DNA of 64,000 nucleotides from Escherichia coli O127:H6 str. E2348/69 (GTDB lineage Bacteria; Pseudomonadota; Gammaproteobacteria; Enterobacterales; Enterobacteriaceae): NCBI RefSeq assembly GCF_000026545.1, contig NC_011601.1; one strand, 5' to 3'. Shown piece by piece: positions 11,053 to 22,852 of this stretch (position 1 is its first letter; each line of letters starts with the position of its first letter). The notes under the pieces were generated by a model. It saw only the letters and a program-made list of their open reading frames with translations, ran no database searches and was not told where the DNA came from. The position numbers and the translations under genes were made by a program.

Positions 11053-13848
11053 TTATTTTGGCAATAATACTCCGGTATAGGTATTCACCGGATGAGAAAG
11101 ATATTGTTTAACAGCAGTGTTAACATTCTCTACCGTCATTTGTTTCAACAATTGCTCCTGCTCAGTCCATGCTGCAGGATCGTCATATTGAATAAGACTA
11201 TTTACAATGGTATTCGCTAATTGTTGAACGCTACGCTGTTGGATATCGAGGCTGCGCTGAACGTTTTGCTGGTATTCGTTCAGTTCTTGCTCACTAATCC
11301 CTTTGGCCAGACGCTTAACCATCACTTCATTCGCTAACGTTAACAGTTCATCATGTCGTTCTGGTTGACAAGTAAAAGCCAGCAAATGACTGATATCTTT
11401 GGCCTGAGGATCAACCGAGAGGCGAGAAGAAACGCTGTATGCCCCAGATGCCTGTTCACGAATATTAATGCGTAGATCTTTTGCCAGTGCGACGTTAAAA
11501 GCATCGAGCGCCATACGCGTCGCCAGATTAACAGGAGTCCGGGAATTATAACGCTTCCACTGTGAAACCTGTGCCACTGGTTCATTTTGTTCTTTTACAG
11601 TAACCGATGCGTTGTCCGTCGCGCGAGTTAATGGTTTACCTGCGGCTAATGGCGAATTAGAGTGTTTGATAGATCCTAAGTAACGCGTAATTAACGCCAC
11701 GAGTTTGTCTTCTGCGACATTACCGACAATGACAAACGTGATATCCGCTGGAGATGAAAACAACTGGCGATCGGCAGCCAGTGCATCTGCGGCAGTAAAC
11801 TGTGCAATCTGATTTTCTTGCGGTAATTTCGTGCGGTCATCGGCATAGCGCGTCTCATACATCTGCTGGGCGAATTTCTCCGCTGGACGCTGGTCGAGCG
11901 TTTTCAACGCCTGAATTTGAGCATTTTGTAGCGATGCCCAAATATTGTCGTTAATCGTGCTGTGGGTGATTCGCTGGTTAATCAACTGGAAACCAGGTTC
12001 AGGGTTATTAGTCCGCACGCTAACGGAGAGCAACGTATTCATGCCACTGACTTTACTGCTCATGGTTACCGAGTTTTCCGCACTCCAGCGTTTCAGGCTG
12101 GAAGAGGAGAGTTCACCAACGCCGCTTCCGCTTACTGCTTTATTAGCCAGCGCGATAAGTGATTTTTGCTGCGCAGGGAAACTTAAATCGCCTTTATTAG
12201 ATACGGCAATAATTTGTAGCTTTTGCTCTTCACCCGCGGATTTTGCCAGAATAACCCTGGCACCATTGGAAAGTGTTAATGATGTCAGATTCTCAGCCAG
12301 CGTTTCTTTGCTGCTAATTTCCGCCTGTGGGTCAGCGTCTACTGTTAACGATAAATTTCTGCCTGGGAAGATGTAAGCCGCCAGCTTTTTGTTGGCGTAC
12401 TCTTTTTCCAGCGCCAGGATAGCCGCAGGAGACAATGCTTTTTGGGCGGCAACTTCATTGTTTACCATTTGCTCCCAAAATGCGTCCTGGTTCTTTCTTA
12501 ACTGCTGCCATTTTTCCGCCAGACTTTGCACGGTAATTTGCTGCCACAGACGTTTCGAAAGTTGATATGTCTCTTCCGGCGACAAGAACGGCGTATTATT
12601 TAATGAGCTGGATGCCAGGCGACTGGTCAGCATACGTAAATCACGCTCAGCTTGCTGATCAACCGCATTTTTCAGCCAGGTAAGGCGGGTAGATTTAACA
12701 TCATCGAGTTCTTCAGCAGAAAAACCATGCTGATCAATGGTTGCCAACTCTGCCATTAATGCATTCGCAGCATCCTGCATATTATCGTCTCGTGCATTTA
12801 CACGGAAAAATAGCGACTGATAATCGGGTGCAATTTTGACGCTGCGCGCAGTGCCGCCAGAAATAGTCTTCAACTCGCCCGACTGTATGCGTTCCTGCAG
12901 ACGTTGGTTGAACAGCTGAACCAACATGCTCCATTCAGCTTGTTCGATAAAGCTTTGCTCATCGTTCACTTGTACCATTGGCAGGCGATAATAGAGTGCG
13001 ATGCCGTTCACCCGGTTTTCTTTATCATTGATGATATTAAAGCGCAGGTGGTTTTCGGCTTTTGTCGGCCAGACGCGATTTTCAGCTGCTTTGTTAGCCG
13101 GAAGCTTACTTAAATTATCCTTTATCAGCGCCAGCGCTTCTTTACTGTCGATATCGCCGACCACAATAAAGGTCATATTATTTGGTTGATACCAGCGTTG
13201 ATAAAATTGGCGCAATTGTGCCGGTGTGACCGTGGCGACGGTATCCATCAGGCCGATAGGTTCACGGTCTAAATTACGGGTATTTGCCAGCAGGAAAGGG
13301 CGGCGCGCCTGAGAGGTGCGCCATTTCGCATCCTGATGGGCACGCCATTCCTCAGTAACTACGCCGCGTTCAGCGTCTACTTCGAGTTTTTCAAAGGTTG
13401 CGGCATTACTCCATTCACTGAAGATTGCCATCACTTGTTGCAGATTTTGTTTCTGCGTAGTCGGCAAACTCACCTGATACACTGTTTCGTCATAGCTGGT
13501 ATAGGCATTAACATCGCGACCAAAACGCAGGCCCATTGACTCAAATGTTTCGATGACTTTATTACCCGGCCATGTTTTTGTGCCGTTAAACATCATATGT
13601 TCTACAAAATGAGCCACGCCGCGCTCATTGTCTTCTTCCTGCAATGAACCGGTATGAATTTGCAGCCATAAATTTACCTGATCCTTTGGTTGAGCATGCG
13701 GATAAATCATATATCGCAAGCCATTGTCCAGTTGCCCGGTAATTAACTTTTCATCCTGCGGTAAGGCGGCGGCAATCAGTCGCCCGGGGAGCAACAGAGT
13801 TGCCACTAACGTCAGTAAGAAACAGAGGTTTCTCATAATTATCTCCAT
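11053..13848 (-). CDS. pqqL: periplasmic M16-family zinc peptidase PqqL (931 aa)
   Basis: HxxEH zinc motif (AHFVEHMMF); signal peptide; length and neighbourhood match. Confidence 0.9.
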   Translation of the reverse strand: MEIIMRNLCFLLTLVATLLLPGRLIAAALPQDEKLITGQLDNGLRYMIYPHAQPKDQVNLWLQIHTGSLQEEDNERGVAHFVEHMMFNGTKTWPGNKVIETFESMGLRFGRDVNAYTSYDETVYQVSLPTTQKQNLQQVMAIFSEWSNAATFEKLEVDAERGVVTEEWRAHQDAKWRTSQARRPFLLANTRNLDREPIGLMDTVATVTPAQLRQFYQRWYQPNNMTFIVVGDIDSKEALALIKDNLSKLPANKAAENRVWPTKAENHLRFNIINDKENRVNGIALYYRLPMVQVNDEQSFIEQAEWSMLVQLFNQRLQERIQSGELKTISGGTARSVKIAPDYQSLFFRVNARDDNMQDAANALMAELATIDQHGFSAEELDDVKSTRLTWLKNAVDQQAERDLRMLTSRLASSSLNNTPFLSPEETYQLSKRLWQQITVQSLAEKWQQLRKNQDAFWEQMVNNEVAAQKALSPAAILALEKEYANKKLAAYIFPGRNLSLTVDADPQAEISSKETLAENLTSLTLSNGARVILAKSAGEEQKLQIIAVSNKGDLSFPAQQKSLIALANKAVSGSGVGELSSSSLKRWSAENSVTMSSKVSGMNTLLSVSVRTNNPEPGFQLINQRITHSTINDNIWASLQNAQIQALKTLDQRPAEKFAQQMYETRYADDRTKLPQENQIAQFTAADALAADRQLFSSPADITFVIVGNVAEDKLVALITRYLGSIKHSNSPLAAGKPLTRATDNASVTVKEQNEPVAQVSQWKRYNSRTPVNLATRMALDAFNVALAKDLRINIREQASGAYSVSSRLSVDPQAKDISHLLAFTCQPERHDELLTLANEVMVKRLAKGISEQELNEYQQNVQRSLDIQQRSVQQLANTIVNSLIQYDDPAAWTEQEQLLKQMTVENVNTAVKQYLSHPVNTYTGVLLPK

Positions 13849-13892
13849 GCGAAAACCGGGCGAATTTACCCGGTAAAGTAAAATCCGAACTA

Positions 13893-16265
13893 TTAAAATT
13901 TCATGCTGACATCAAGCCAGAAAGTACGGCCACTGGCGTAGGTCGCCACGCCAGTATTCGTTGTATCAACAGCGGTTTTGCTATCCAGTACATTGAGAAT
14001 ATCGGCACTGATCGTCAGGTTTTGTTGTTTCAGAAATTGTGGCGTCCAGGACAAGCGGGTGTCCCAGGTCAGGCTGCTATCCAGTTTCTCGTCAACATAC
14101 TGCTTGTAATCTGAATATTCGCTGATGTATTGCGCATTCGTCTTACCCAGGATAATGCGAGTTTTACGCGCTTCTTGCCAGGTCAGCGTATTCGCCCACA
14201 CCAACCCGCTCGGTTGATGCGTGAAATCCATGTTTAAGGAGATCTTTAATGGATTATTAAAATCCGCCACTGGAACGCTATCGTAAGAGACCAGATTACC
14301 GTTATAAACCACCCGGTTATCACCGGTATTGCTCTCCTCATAACCATTGTTTAACGACAAGTTGCCCTTGCTCTTGATATAGCTAAAGACAATTTGCGGG
14401 TTAATATCTACCTGGCTGATATGCAGGGGGGCGGCCAGTTCAAAACTGAGGTTAAACGAATGTGTTTTGGTTTTGCCATCGTTGTTATATTCAGTAATGG
14501 TGGTTTTAGTCGCGCTGTCGGTACGACTGCTTTTGCTGATTTGATCATGCGCTTCACGGTAAACATAGTTTGCACGCGCAATAACGTTCTTACCGATTTT
14601 CTGCTGCAATCCCATTGCCAGTTCATCGTTATAAGGCGTTTTCAAATCCTGATAACGCGTCAGGGTTTTATTGCCTGATACCGATTCCGTCCAGCTATTG
14701 CGGATATCACGTAATCCCATATCAAGAATATTCCCGCCATAGTAACGGTTATAACCTGCAGTAATCATTGAGGTTTGATCAGCAAAAATATCCCATTCCG
14801 TCATAAAGCGCGGGGAGATATTGTGGTTTGACAGATAGTTATCATAGTCATACCGCACGCCGGGCATTAACGACACATTACGCCAGCTAATGCGATCCGC
14901 CATATACAGCGTGTAATTGTCAATTCCCAGACTACCTTTACCTTTATGGTAAATTGTATGGTTAGTTTTCTTTCCGGCAGCATTAATCACATAGGATTCA
15001 GACTGGTTATGGCGTTCAGTCCATGCATCGGAATAGATGTATTCCGCGCCGAAGTAGGGTTGATGCGAAACATTACCCACGGTGAATTTTTGCCAGTCCA
15101 GGCGTGTTTTGAAGGTGTAATTATCTACAGCCTGGGAAATGTGTCCTAATCCGCCACGGGTGCAACGCCCTGAAATATCACCATATGTACATGAAAGTTC
15201 GGTGTACCAGATGTCATGATCGTGACGGGTATAATCACTAATATGATCCCAACCAACGGTGGTACGCAGTTTGGCCCATGCGAGCTGGGTATCCATATCC
15301 CATGCCAGACCATAGGATTTATTACCCATTTCGCGATCAGACTCCGGAAAGGTGCTGGTATTATAATCACGGCTGGAGCCGGTATATTTTAAGGTTAAAT
15401 CGTGGGTAAAGCGGTCGCTGGCAAACCAGGTAAATTTGCTCAATGCAGTATCGATAACGTTTTTATACTGTGCCCTGCCGGCGACAATGCCGTCATTCGA
15501 AACATAATCCGCGCGGGTGATATCAGACTGGCGGCGCGATAAACCGGCGGTAACGCCAAAGTTATCAGCGAGTTCCTGATTAAACGACAAGGTATAAAAG
15601 TTCTTTTTAAAATCTGGAGAGTAATAAGTACTTCCTGAAGAACCTTGATTAAATGCGCTCTTGTTATTCTCATCGATATGCGATGTTAACCAGTCCGAAC
15701 GCGTAGTGCGATAACCCAGTTTCACGCTGCTATCATCAGCGTTGAAGCGTTTGATCTTTGCATCAATTACCCCGCCATTGAAGCGACCGAATTCAACCGG
15801 CACAAAACTGTCATAAAGCGTCACATTGTCCAGTAAGCTGACATCAAGATAATACCCCTGTGACATCCCGCTAATATTGGTTGCACTACTGGCATCGGAC
15901 TCATTCGCTGGGTTCAGGTTATTCGTTGCACTAATACCGTCAATCAAATAGGCATTCTGGTAGGGCGACGCACCGTGAATAGAGATTTTCTCCGGGCGAA
16001 TATCTCCCTGGTTCAATGAGGTACTTTGCGTTGAATCCATGCGTACCGCAGGGTTGGTTCTCAGCAGATCGCTGATATTGCCATTCCCGGTCGGTAAACG
16101 CTCGATGCTTTCACTGGTGTAATGCGTGTTGCCGTTTACGGGTACAGGGACAGGAGCATAGACCGTCATCTCTTCAAAAACATGCATGTACATATTTTTG
16201 TCATCGACGGCCTGCGCCACATCAGCGCCACATAAAATGACGCCAGGAATAAGAACTCGCTTCAT
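13893..16265 (-). CDS. yddB: TonB-dependent outer-membrane receptor family protein YddB (790 aa)
   Basis: Signal peptide, C-terminal ...WLDVSMKF beta-barrel terminus; co-oriented with pqqL and yddA. Confidence 0.85.
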   Translation of the reverse strand: MKRVLIPGVILCGADVAQAVDDKNMYMHVFEEMTVYAPVPVPVNGNTHYTSESIERLPTGNGNISDLLRTNPAVRMDSTQSTSLNQGDIRPEKISIHGASPYQNAYLIDGISATNNLNPANESDASSATNISGMSQGYYLDVSLLDNVTLYDSFVPVEFGRFNGGVIDAKIKRFNADDSSVKLGYRTTRSDWLTSHIDENNKSAFNQGSSGSTYYSPDFKKNFYTLSFNQELADNFGVTAGLSRRQSDITRADYVSNDGIVAGRAQYKNVIDTALSKFTWFASDRFTHDLTLKYTGSSRDYNTSTFPESDREMGNKSYGLAWDMDTQLAWAKLRTTVGWDHISDYTRHDHDIWYTELSCTYGDISGRCTRGGLGHISQAVDNYTFKTRLDWQKFTVGNVSHQPYFGAEYIYSDAWTERHNQSESYVINAAGKKTNHTIYHKGKGSLGIDNYTLYMADRISWRNVSLMPGVRYDYDNYLSNHNISPRFMTEWDIFADQTSMITAGYNRYYGGNILDMGLRDIRNSWTESVSGNKTLTRYQDLKTPYNDELAMGLQQKIGKNVIARANYVYREAHDQISKSSRTDSATKTTITEYNNDGKTKTHSFNLSFELAAPLHISQVDINPQIVFSYIKSKGNLSLNNGYEESNTGDNRVVYNGNLVSYDSVPVADFNNPLKISLNMDFTHQPSGLVWANTLTWQEARKTRIILGKTNAQYISEYSDYKQYVDEKLDSSLTWDTRLSWTPQFLKQQNLTISADILNVLDSKTAVDTTNTGVATYASGRTFWLDVSMKF

Positions 16266-16302
16266 TTATTTATATCTCCGTACAGCAGGGCTTTTATTGT
16301 TT

Positions 16303-17988
16303 TTATATAACCGCGCTAATGTCACAAATATCATCGACCAGGTTCCAGACACCGGGTTGATGTGTAACCATAATGACGCCGCTTGTGGGGAGTTTTTCTC
16401 GCACTAAACGCAGTAAGCGGATTGCCTCTTGTTCCTCAAGATGAGAGGTAGTTTCGTCAAGAAATATCCATTTCGGACGTCGTAAAATTAATCGAGCCAG
16501 GGCGATACGTTGTTTTTCGCCGCTGGAAAGAATATCTCCCCAGCGATCGTGGTCATGAATACGCGCAGCCAATTTCCCCAGCCCAACCTGATGCAGTACT
16601 TCGCTCAACGATTTATCGTCTACGGACAGGGGAAGTGCTTTACAAATAATCTCTTTCAGTAAGCCGGTTTTGATTAACGGTGTTTGTGACACATACCAAC
16701 TGTCAGCAGGAGAAGAAATATCACCTTTAAACCACGGCCAGCAGTGGGATAATGTTTTAAGCAGTGTGGTTTTTCCCGCACCAGAGTAACCTTTCAGCAA
16801 TAGCCATTTGCCTGGCGAAACATGAAAGTTCAGGTTCTCTAATATGATCTTATTATCAGGAGTACGAATACTCGCGTCAGCCACTTGTACCGCATGTTGA
16901 CAATTTTTAGGCTTATTCGTAGGGCGATGTTCGGTGAGTTGATGGAACTCATACAAGCGATCGATAACCGCAGCCAGTTCAGCAAGTTCATCATATTTAT
17001 AAATAAACCAGCTTAAATTGTTCGATACCAGCATAAATGCCTGGCGCGATTTCATCAGTCCGCCCAGATTGATCTGTCCGCTAATAAACTGCGGCAATAA
17101 CAGAAAGTAGGGAAGAACGCTAAGCGAGCGCGAATAAATATTCTGCCAGTAATCAAGCCACCGCTGACGATTCATTAAACGATGCCAGTTCTCTTTAATG
17201 GTATGAAAATTTTCGCTCAACTCCTGGCGTTGTAGAGACTCAGCATTGCTTAGCGCAATCAGTTCTGCCTGCTTATTATGCTGCACAAGATTAGTTCGAA
17301 ATGTCGCTTCGCTACGTTGTTTTTCCACATTAAGTGGACGAATACGTTTACCAACCTTATGGGTAAATAAAGTTCCACCGATCACAATGAGCACGACGGT
17401 ATAGACCATATACCCCTGGATATTCCATTCAGTTCCACCAACAGTGAATGAGAGCGTACCCGCGCTTTGCCAAAGAATAACGGTAAAGGTGATCAGCATG
17501 CTAAGTGACTGGATGAAGCCAAATGAAAGGCTGAGCGTTTTGCTGATCAGTAAGAGAATGTCTTCAGCGATACGTTGGTCAGGGTTATCTGTATTTTTAT
17601 GCTCGCCGTAGATCTGCGTGAAGTAGTAGTTTTTATCTGCAAACCAGCGATTAAGGTAGTAATCTGTTAACCATTCGCGCCAGCGAATAGTCAGTAGTTT
17701 AATTAACCATGTTTTGTTTACGGATATTAATACAAAGATCCCCAGCAGGGCAGGGAACCAAAGGACAAGCTGCCAAAGCTTATCAGTTTCTTTCTGGCTT
17801 AGCGCATTGAAAAAATCATTATTCCAGTCGTTTAACCAGACCTGAATTTTAACCACACCAAGGATCATGGCGAGGGTAATAATGATTAACAACACTGAAG
17901 TTTTATTATTCTTACGCAGCCAAAAGGGCTTCAGCAGACAGAGATACTTTGCTATCAACATACAAAACGTAATGGGAATGGTTATCAT
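16303..17988 (-). CDS. yddA: ABC transporter fused permease/ATPase YddA (561 aa)
   Basis: Walker A GYSGAGKTT, ABC signature LSSGEKQRIALARL, N-terminal TM helices. Confidence 0.9.
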   Translation of the reverse strand: MITIPITFCMLIAKYLCLLKPFWLRKNNKTSVLLIIITLAMILGVVKIQVWLNDWNNDFFNALSQKETDKLWQLVLWFPALLGIFVLISVNKTWLIKLLTIRWREWLTDYYLNRWFADKNYYFTQIYGEHKNTDNPDQRIAEDILLLISKTLSLSFGFIQSLSMLITFTVILWQSAGTLSFTVGGTEWNIQGYMVYTVVLIVIGGTLFTHKVGKRIRPLNVEKQRSEATFRTNLVQHNKQAELIALSNAESLQRQELSENFHTIKENWHRLMNRQRWLDYWQNIYSRSLSVLPYFLLLPQFISGQINLGGLMKSRQAFMLVSNNLSWFIYKYDELAELAAVIDRLYEFHQLTEHRPTNKPKNCQHAVQVADASIRTPDNKIILENLNFHVSPGKWLLLKGYSGAGKTTLLKTLSHCWPWFKGDISSPADSWYVSQTPLIKTGLLKEIICKALPLSVDDKSLSEVLHQVGLGKLAARIHDHDRWGDILSSGEKQRIALARLILRRPKWIFLDETTSHLEEQEAIRLLRLVREKLPTSGVIMVTHQPGVWNLVDDICDISAVI

Positions 17989-18278
17989 TAGCGAAAATTG
18001 ATTGTGCCACCCAATGGTTATCTATGGCAATGATATACTGATGAAATTTATTTAAGTATCATTTAACAATATGAAATATAAAGAAATATTTTATTTTCAG
18101 TGGTTATGGTTATGCTATTGATAATCAAGGGTGTTGCTAATGCCCTGACGCATACCTCGTAAGCCAGGATTTTCGCAAAGGAAGATGATGAAGACGAAAC
18201 ACCCGACAGGAATTTATGTCGGGTGCCTTGTTAAGGTCATAAGAAGGAGGCTAAGAATGGAGCTAAGGGGGAGCGTTA

Positions 18279-19436
18279 TTAATTATTCTCCATTTGTTTT
18301 GCAACATCCATAATGTGGTAAAGCGGTACTCTGTTCTTAGCTAACTCCACCATGGCGTTCATATAAGGTACCATGGTTGAAAAAAGGATTTTATAACCTT
18401 CGCAAAAATAGGAAACAGTCTCATTGCTTACTTTAGTAATACGATGCTTAGGGCAACCACCATTGCAGATAGGTTTATATACACATTGCTGACATTTCGC
18501 TGAAATCCGTTTTTTTTGCGCTGTCAGTTGTACACTGTTCATCGTTTTGAGTTCCGATTTATTAATGTTTCCAATTTTGTACTGTGGATAGACAAAATGG
18601 TCGCATTCGTAAATGTCTCCATTGCTTTCAACAACCAGATTATCCTTGCAGGACTCCTGGAAAATACAACTGGTATGCCCATTCCCCAAAAAACGGCTGA
18701 CAAAGCTTTCAAACTGACGGATGAAAATTTCACCCACATCGTTTTTAACCCATTGCATAAAAATGGTTGACATAAACTTGCCATAAGCCGTGGGAGGCAC
18801 AGAAAAATCAATGATACGGAATGTGTTCTCACTATGACCACTGAAATCAATATTCGGCGTCCCGGTTTCGAGCAATTCGATAAATTGCATATGTTTACTG
18901 CCGATAGATTTTAAAAAATGATAAACCTCAAGAGGGTAATGGACATTAATGTTATTAATGACGGTTAACGTATTAAACTCTATTTGATATGATTTCAGAC
19001 GCTCGATGGCTGCTATCACTTTTGCAAAAGTACCGTTACCTGAATTACTGCGTCTGTAGCGGTCATGTAGCTCTTGGGGTCCATCGATCGAGATACCAAC
19101 CAGAAACTCATGTTCTTTGAGAAAGGCACACCATTCATTATTCAATAAAATGCCATTTGTTTGTAATGCATTAAAAATTCGTTTTTGGCCTGCATAGCGT
19201 TGTTGATAGTGAATAACTTTACGGAAAAAATCCAGGCCAGCCAGAGTGGGTTCACCGCCTTGCCAAGTAAAATAGACCTGATTGCCAGACGCTGCGATAT
19301 ATTGTTTTATGAACTCTTTCAGAGTGCTGTCATCCATCCATTTTTCATGAGTAAACTGCGACTCTTTTTCAAGGTAAAAACAGTAATCACATTTGAGATT
19401 ACATTGAAAACTGGAGGGCTTGGCTGTAACGTGCAT
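18279..19436 (-). CDS. ydeM: radical-SAM anaerobic sulfatase-maturating enzyme homolog YdeM (385 aa)
   Basis: [10 protein letters not shown] radical-SAM Cx3Cx2C motif; ORF 18279..19451 trimmed to [10 protein letters not shown]. Confidence 0.85.
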   Translation of the reverse strand: MHVTAKPSSFQCNLKCDYCFYLEKESQFTHEKWMDDSTLKEFIKQYIAASGNQVYFTWQGGEPTLAGLDFFRKVIHYQQRYAGQKRIFNALQTNGILLNNEWCAFLKEHEFLVGISIDGPQELHDRYRRSNSGNGTFAKVIAAIERLKSYQIEFNTLTVINNINVHYPLEVYHFLKSIGSKHMQFIELLETGTPNIDFSGHSENTFRIIDFSVPPTAYGKFMSTIFMQWVKNDVGEIFIRQFESFVSRFLGNGHTSCIFQESCKDNLVVESNGDIYECDHFVYPQYKIGNINKSELKTMNSVQLTAQKKRISAKCQQCVYKPICNGGCPKHRITKVSNETVSYFCEGYKILFSTMVPYMNAMVELAKNRVPLYHIMDVAKQMENN

Positions 19437-19487
19437 CGCTATCTCGCTCAATAAGGCGGCGGAAAAATCCGCCGCATGAAGGTTTAG

Positions 19488-21170
19488 TTATTTCGCTTCG
19501 CTTAATGCTTTCTTGATATTGTTAAACTTCTCCTGATTTACCTCGCTAAGCGGTGGCTGGCTGTTGTCGATAAACTCTCTTACCACGCCTTGCATCTCTT
19601 TAACGACCTGCGGATTGGCGGCGGCAAGGTTATCTTTTTGCTGTAGATCCGTCAGTTTGTATAGACCTAACTGATTATTTTCTACTGTATAGACAAGCGA
19701 ATAATCGTTATTTCTCACCGTATAAGAGAATTGGCTTAAGTCCTCGGTGTTGGGGTTATGCGGGTAATCGTCTGACTGATGGCGGACAAATTTGTGGTAA
19801 TTATCCCAGAATGGAATATTTTCCTCATCAAACCAGTGAGAATAAGATGTTATCCAGGTCAGATTTTTATGTGGCTCGCCTTGTTTCTTATCTTGCAACC
19901 AGGGCAGCAAGGAAACGCCATCCAGCTTAAGGTCTTTTGGAATGCTGATATCGGCTGCATCAAGAGCTGTCGGGTAGAAATCCATTGCGGAAATCAGCTT
20001 GTCATAATTACCGGGTTGAAGTTTTCCTTTCCACCACATAAACATTGGGGTGTGAGTACCGCCAGGATAGGTCTGACTCTTATAGCCTTTTTGCGCCCCG
20101 TTCAGCGGCAGAGGACCATCGATAACTGCACCATTATCGGAGGTAAAGAGAATAATTGTATTGTCGTACTGTCCGTTTTTCTTCAGTTGTTCGAGAATGC
20201 GTTTTACACCCTGATCAACAGAATAAACGGAAGCGTAGTAATTATCTGCTGTTTGACTACCGGTATTAAATTGCTTCTGATATTGCTCCGGAGCAGGATT
20301 ATCATTTGGCAGATGCGGAGCATTATAAGCCAGGTAAAGCATAAAAGGCTGGTCAAGTGTTTTGGCACGATCAACAACGCCAATTGCCTCATCGGTTAAC
20401 TGATCGCTGATATAACCTTTTGCGGGGACGCGTTCACGGTTTTTGAACAGTGAAGGGGAGTTGTAATATGCCGTTCCTGCAGCATGGAATCCCATAAAGT
20501 AATCAAAGCCACGGTTTTGCGGTTGCCATTCTTCCGCAGAAAAGGTAGTGAAGTTGTCATGATAGTCACGCGTTTGTTTATCTTCCGGCACTGGCACATT
20601 ACTGATTTTTGACAAGTGCCATTTACCTACTGCTGCAGTGTAATAACCATGATTCTGGAATAATTCAGGCAAGAAAGTTTCTGTTAGCGGAATACCATCC
20701 TGAGCATCAGTATTGGAATAGACACCAAAGCGGGCGGGCGCTCGACCGGTCATTATTGCGGCGCGGGAGGGGCCGGAAACACCGTGCGCCACATAGCCGT
20801 TAGTAAAACGTACGCCTTCATCCATTAATGAAAGGAGCGTCGGCGTTGATTTTTGCGCAGCTTCAATGGCTTTATCTATCCCTATTTTGTAGGTATCGAC
20901 AACTTCACGATTTTCCATTGTTTTTGGGTCAAAAGATCCCTTATCAAAAGGAAGTTGTCCATAACCAAGATCATCCATGGTCAGTACGATAATATTTGGC
21001 TTTCCTTTGGTACTGTATTCAGTCGGCGTAAAGTCTGAGAACGCAACGTTTGTTTTGGTTGCTTTCAGCTTTACATCATCTGCCGCATGAGCAGCAAATG
21101 CAGCCATACCAGATGCCAGTATCAAAGATATCGAGGTACTTACGACACTTTTCTTTAATGCAGACTTCAT
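19488..21170 (-). CDS. ydeN: Ser-type sulfatase YdeN (560 aa), secreted
   Basis: Sulfatase signature with Ser in place of Cys (SGPSRAAIMTGR); signal peptide; ORF trimmed to MKSALKKSVV. Confidence 0.85.
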   Translation of the reverse strand: MKSALKKSVVSTSISLILASGMAAFAAHAADDVKLKATKTNVAFSDFTPTEYSTKGKPNIIVLTMDDLGYGQLPFDKGSFDPKTMENREVVDTYKIGIDKAIEAAQKSTPTLLSLMDEGVRFTNGYVAHGVSGPSRAAIMTGRAPARFGVYSNTDAQDGIPLTETFLPELFQNHGYYTAAVGKWHLSKISNVPVPEDKQTRDYHDNFTTFSAEEWQPQNRGFDYFMGFHAAGTAYYNSPSLFKNRERVPAKGYISDQLTDEAIGVVDRAKTLDQPFMLYLAYNAPHLPNDNPAPEQYQKQFNTGSQTADNYYASVYSVDQGVKRILEQLKKNGQYDNTIILFTSDNGAVIDGPLPLNGAQKGYKSQTYPGGTHTPMFMWWKGKLQPGNYDKLISAMDFYPTALDAADISIPKDLKLDGVSLLPWLQDKKQGEPHKNLTWITSYSHWFDEENIPFWDNYHKFVRHQSDDYPHNPNTEDLSQFSYTVRNNDYSLVYTVENNQLGLYKLTDLQQKDNLAAANPQVVKEMQGVVREFIDNSQPPLSEVNQEKFNNIKKALSEAK

Positions 21171-21571
21171 AAATGTTCCTCTTCTTATTGTACTTAATTC
21201 CAAAGTAATTTTACGAAGAGAAATAAGTTAATGTAAGTGAAGTTAGTCACATAAATAGATAGCAGATTTAGCTAAAAAAAGAGAAATAACAGTCCATAAA
21301 CTGTTGACATTACTTTCTGTTCTACTAAGTAATTTCTCGTTGATAAACAACTAATCTATTGATATTTAACAAATTATTGGATTTTACCGACAAAATACCG
21401 AATTGAGATCATAAATAATCATGCAACGGGTTATGCAAATGCATAAATATGTGATGGCTGTCACTTATTTATTTCAAGAAATATATCACCTAAAAACAAC
21501 TCGGGGCAGGGAATGGCTGCCCCATTTAATTCTTACGCAGCGTGTGTGGTTGACTACTCGTTAGCAAATAA

Positions 21572-22333
21572 TCAAATAGCTAAAGCATTCATCGTGTTGT
21601 CCGTGTTCATACCCGTGAGCCTTTGACAACGGTACTCCTTAGAAACTCTCTTCGGACTGTTGCCGAAATGTTTGCGAAACGCATAAATAAAATAAGATGT
21701 ACTGGCATAACCGCATTGTTCAGCAATTTTATTGACTGAACCTTCTACGCGTATCAAATTTTTCGCGTGCTGCATTCTGGCATCTAAAAGAATTTGTGAG
21801 AATGTCGTTTGCTCTTGCTTTAGTTTTTTCTTCAACAGGCTTTCACTGATGTACAGGCAGTCACAAATATCTTTCAGCTTCCATGGGTGCGCCAGCTTCA
21901 TGTTGACAATATTTCTCACTTTCCCAGAAACGGATAGCACACCGTTAGTTAATAGTGTAATGAAACCTTTGCATGCGGCAAAAATAGACAGGCAAGAAAA
22001 AAGCAAAAGCTCTGAAAAATTATGATGATTGCGTTCTTCCGAGTTGAGATAAGCAATCATTTCATTAAGCAATCCAGTCGGTACATTTGAAGCACGTAAA
22101 AACTTCGCAGGAACAGGCACCGTCACTGTCTGGATGTTAGTGCATTGTAGATATTTTTTAATGGTATTTTCATTAAATCCGATTTCTTTAAAATGCCGCT
22201 CATAAGGTTCAAAATGCGTACGAACAGCGTTATCTACCATCAGGATCTCGCCGTCAGAGAAGGCGTAATCTTTATCTAAAATGTTAGCGTTGAAGGCATG
22301 ATGAATAAATATAACAGAACAAACGAGCGACAT
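21572..22333 (-). CDS. ydeO: AraC-family acid-resistance regulator YdeO (253 aa)
   Basis: C-terminal AraC HTH; downstream of safA and EvgA box. Confidence 0.9.
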   Translation of the reverse strand: MSLVCSVIFIHHAFNANILDKDYAFSDGEILMVDNAVRTHFEPYERHFKEIGFNENTIKKYLQCTNIQTVTVPVPAKFLRASNVPTGLLNEMIAYLNSEERNHHNFSELLLFSCLSIFAACKGFITLLTNGVLSVSGKVRNIVNMKLAHPWKLKDICDCLYISESLLKKKLKQEQTTFSQILLDARMQHAKNLIRVEGSVNKIAEQCGYASTSYFIYAFRKHFGNSPKRVSKEYRCQRLTGMNTDNTMNALAI

Positions 22334-22407
22334 TTTATCTCCTTAAAACAATAAAGTTTTTATCGATACTTTTTTAACATTTCATATTTATAATTTGCTG
22401 TTTATTT

Positions 22408-22605
22408 TCAGTCTTGCAAACTATTGATAATGAAATGTGTAAGATCCCTTGCAATGCGACCCATTTCTGAAATACCCAGCTGATCAATTGCCGAAAAAAT
22501 GGCTATCAATGTAAGGGTCAGTAATAAGACAACCACAATTACAGACATGATCCCTTTATAGTTGTCTCTTTGCGTGATTTTATTTTTCACTATGGTCGCA
22601 TGCAT
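22408..22605 (-). CDS. safA: small membrane protein SafA (65 aa), connector between EvgS/EvgA and PhoQ
   Basis: ORF 22408..22641 trimmed to MHATIVKNKITQRDNYKGIMSVIVVVLLLTLTLIAIF...; single TM helix. Confidence 0.85.
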   Translation of the reverse strand: MHATIVKNKITQRDNYKGIMSVIVVVLLLTLTLIAIFSAIDQLGISEMGRIARDLTHFIINSLQD

Positions 22606-22716
22606 TTCAAATGTGTTTATTAAACGAATGATGTTAAGCATCGTTAATCAGTATGCTTAATATAACAGGCTGGAGAATAGAGGAAATAGGACGGGTGCTT
22701 CAGTACTGAGCGGAGT

Positions 22717-22734
22717 TTCTTACAGCTGTAGGCA
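22717..22734. promoter_or_regulatory. EvgA box upstream of safA-ydeO
   Basis: TTCTTACA-GC-TGTAGGCA matches the EvgA inverted-repeat consensus TTCPyTACA-N2-TGTAPuGAA. Confidence 0.65.
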
Positions 22735-22852
22735 GAAGTTTATATCTTATAGTGTGTGGTTTAATTTAATCCATGTGAGCAAATTGCGCAATAATAGTCA
22801 ATGAGGAATTCTTCTGCTGTGCGGATGACAGCAGAAGAAATGAGGAGGCGAA

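Noticed and set aside
19779-20399. 206-aa plus-strand ORF inside ydeN
   Set aside because: Antisense to the sulfatase gene, low-complexity, no start context.
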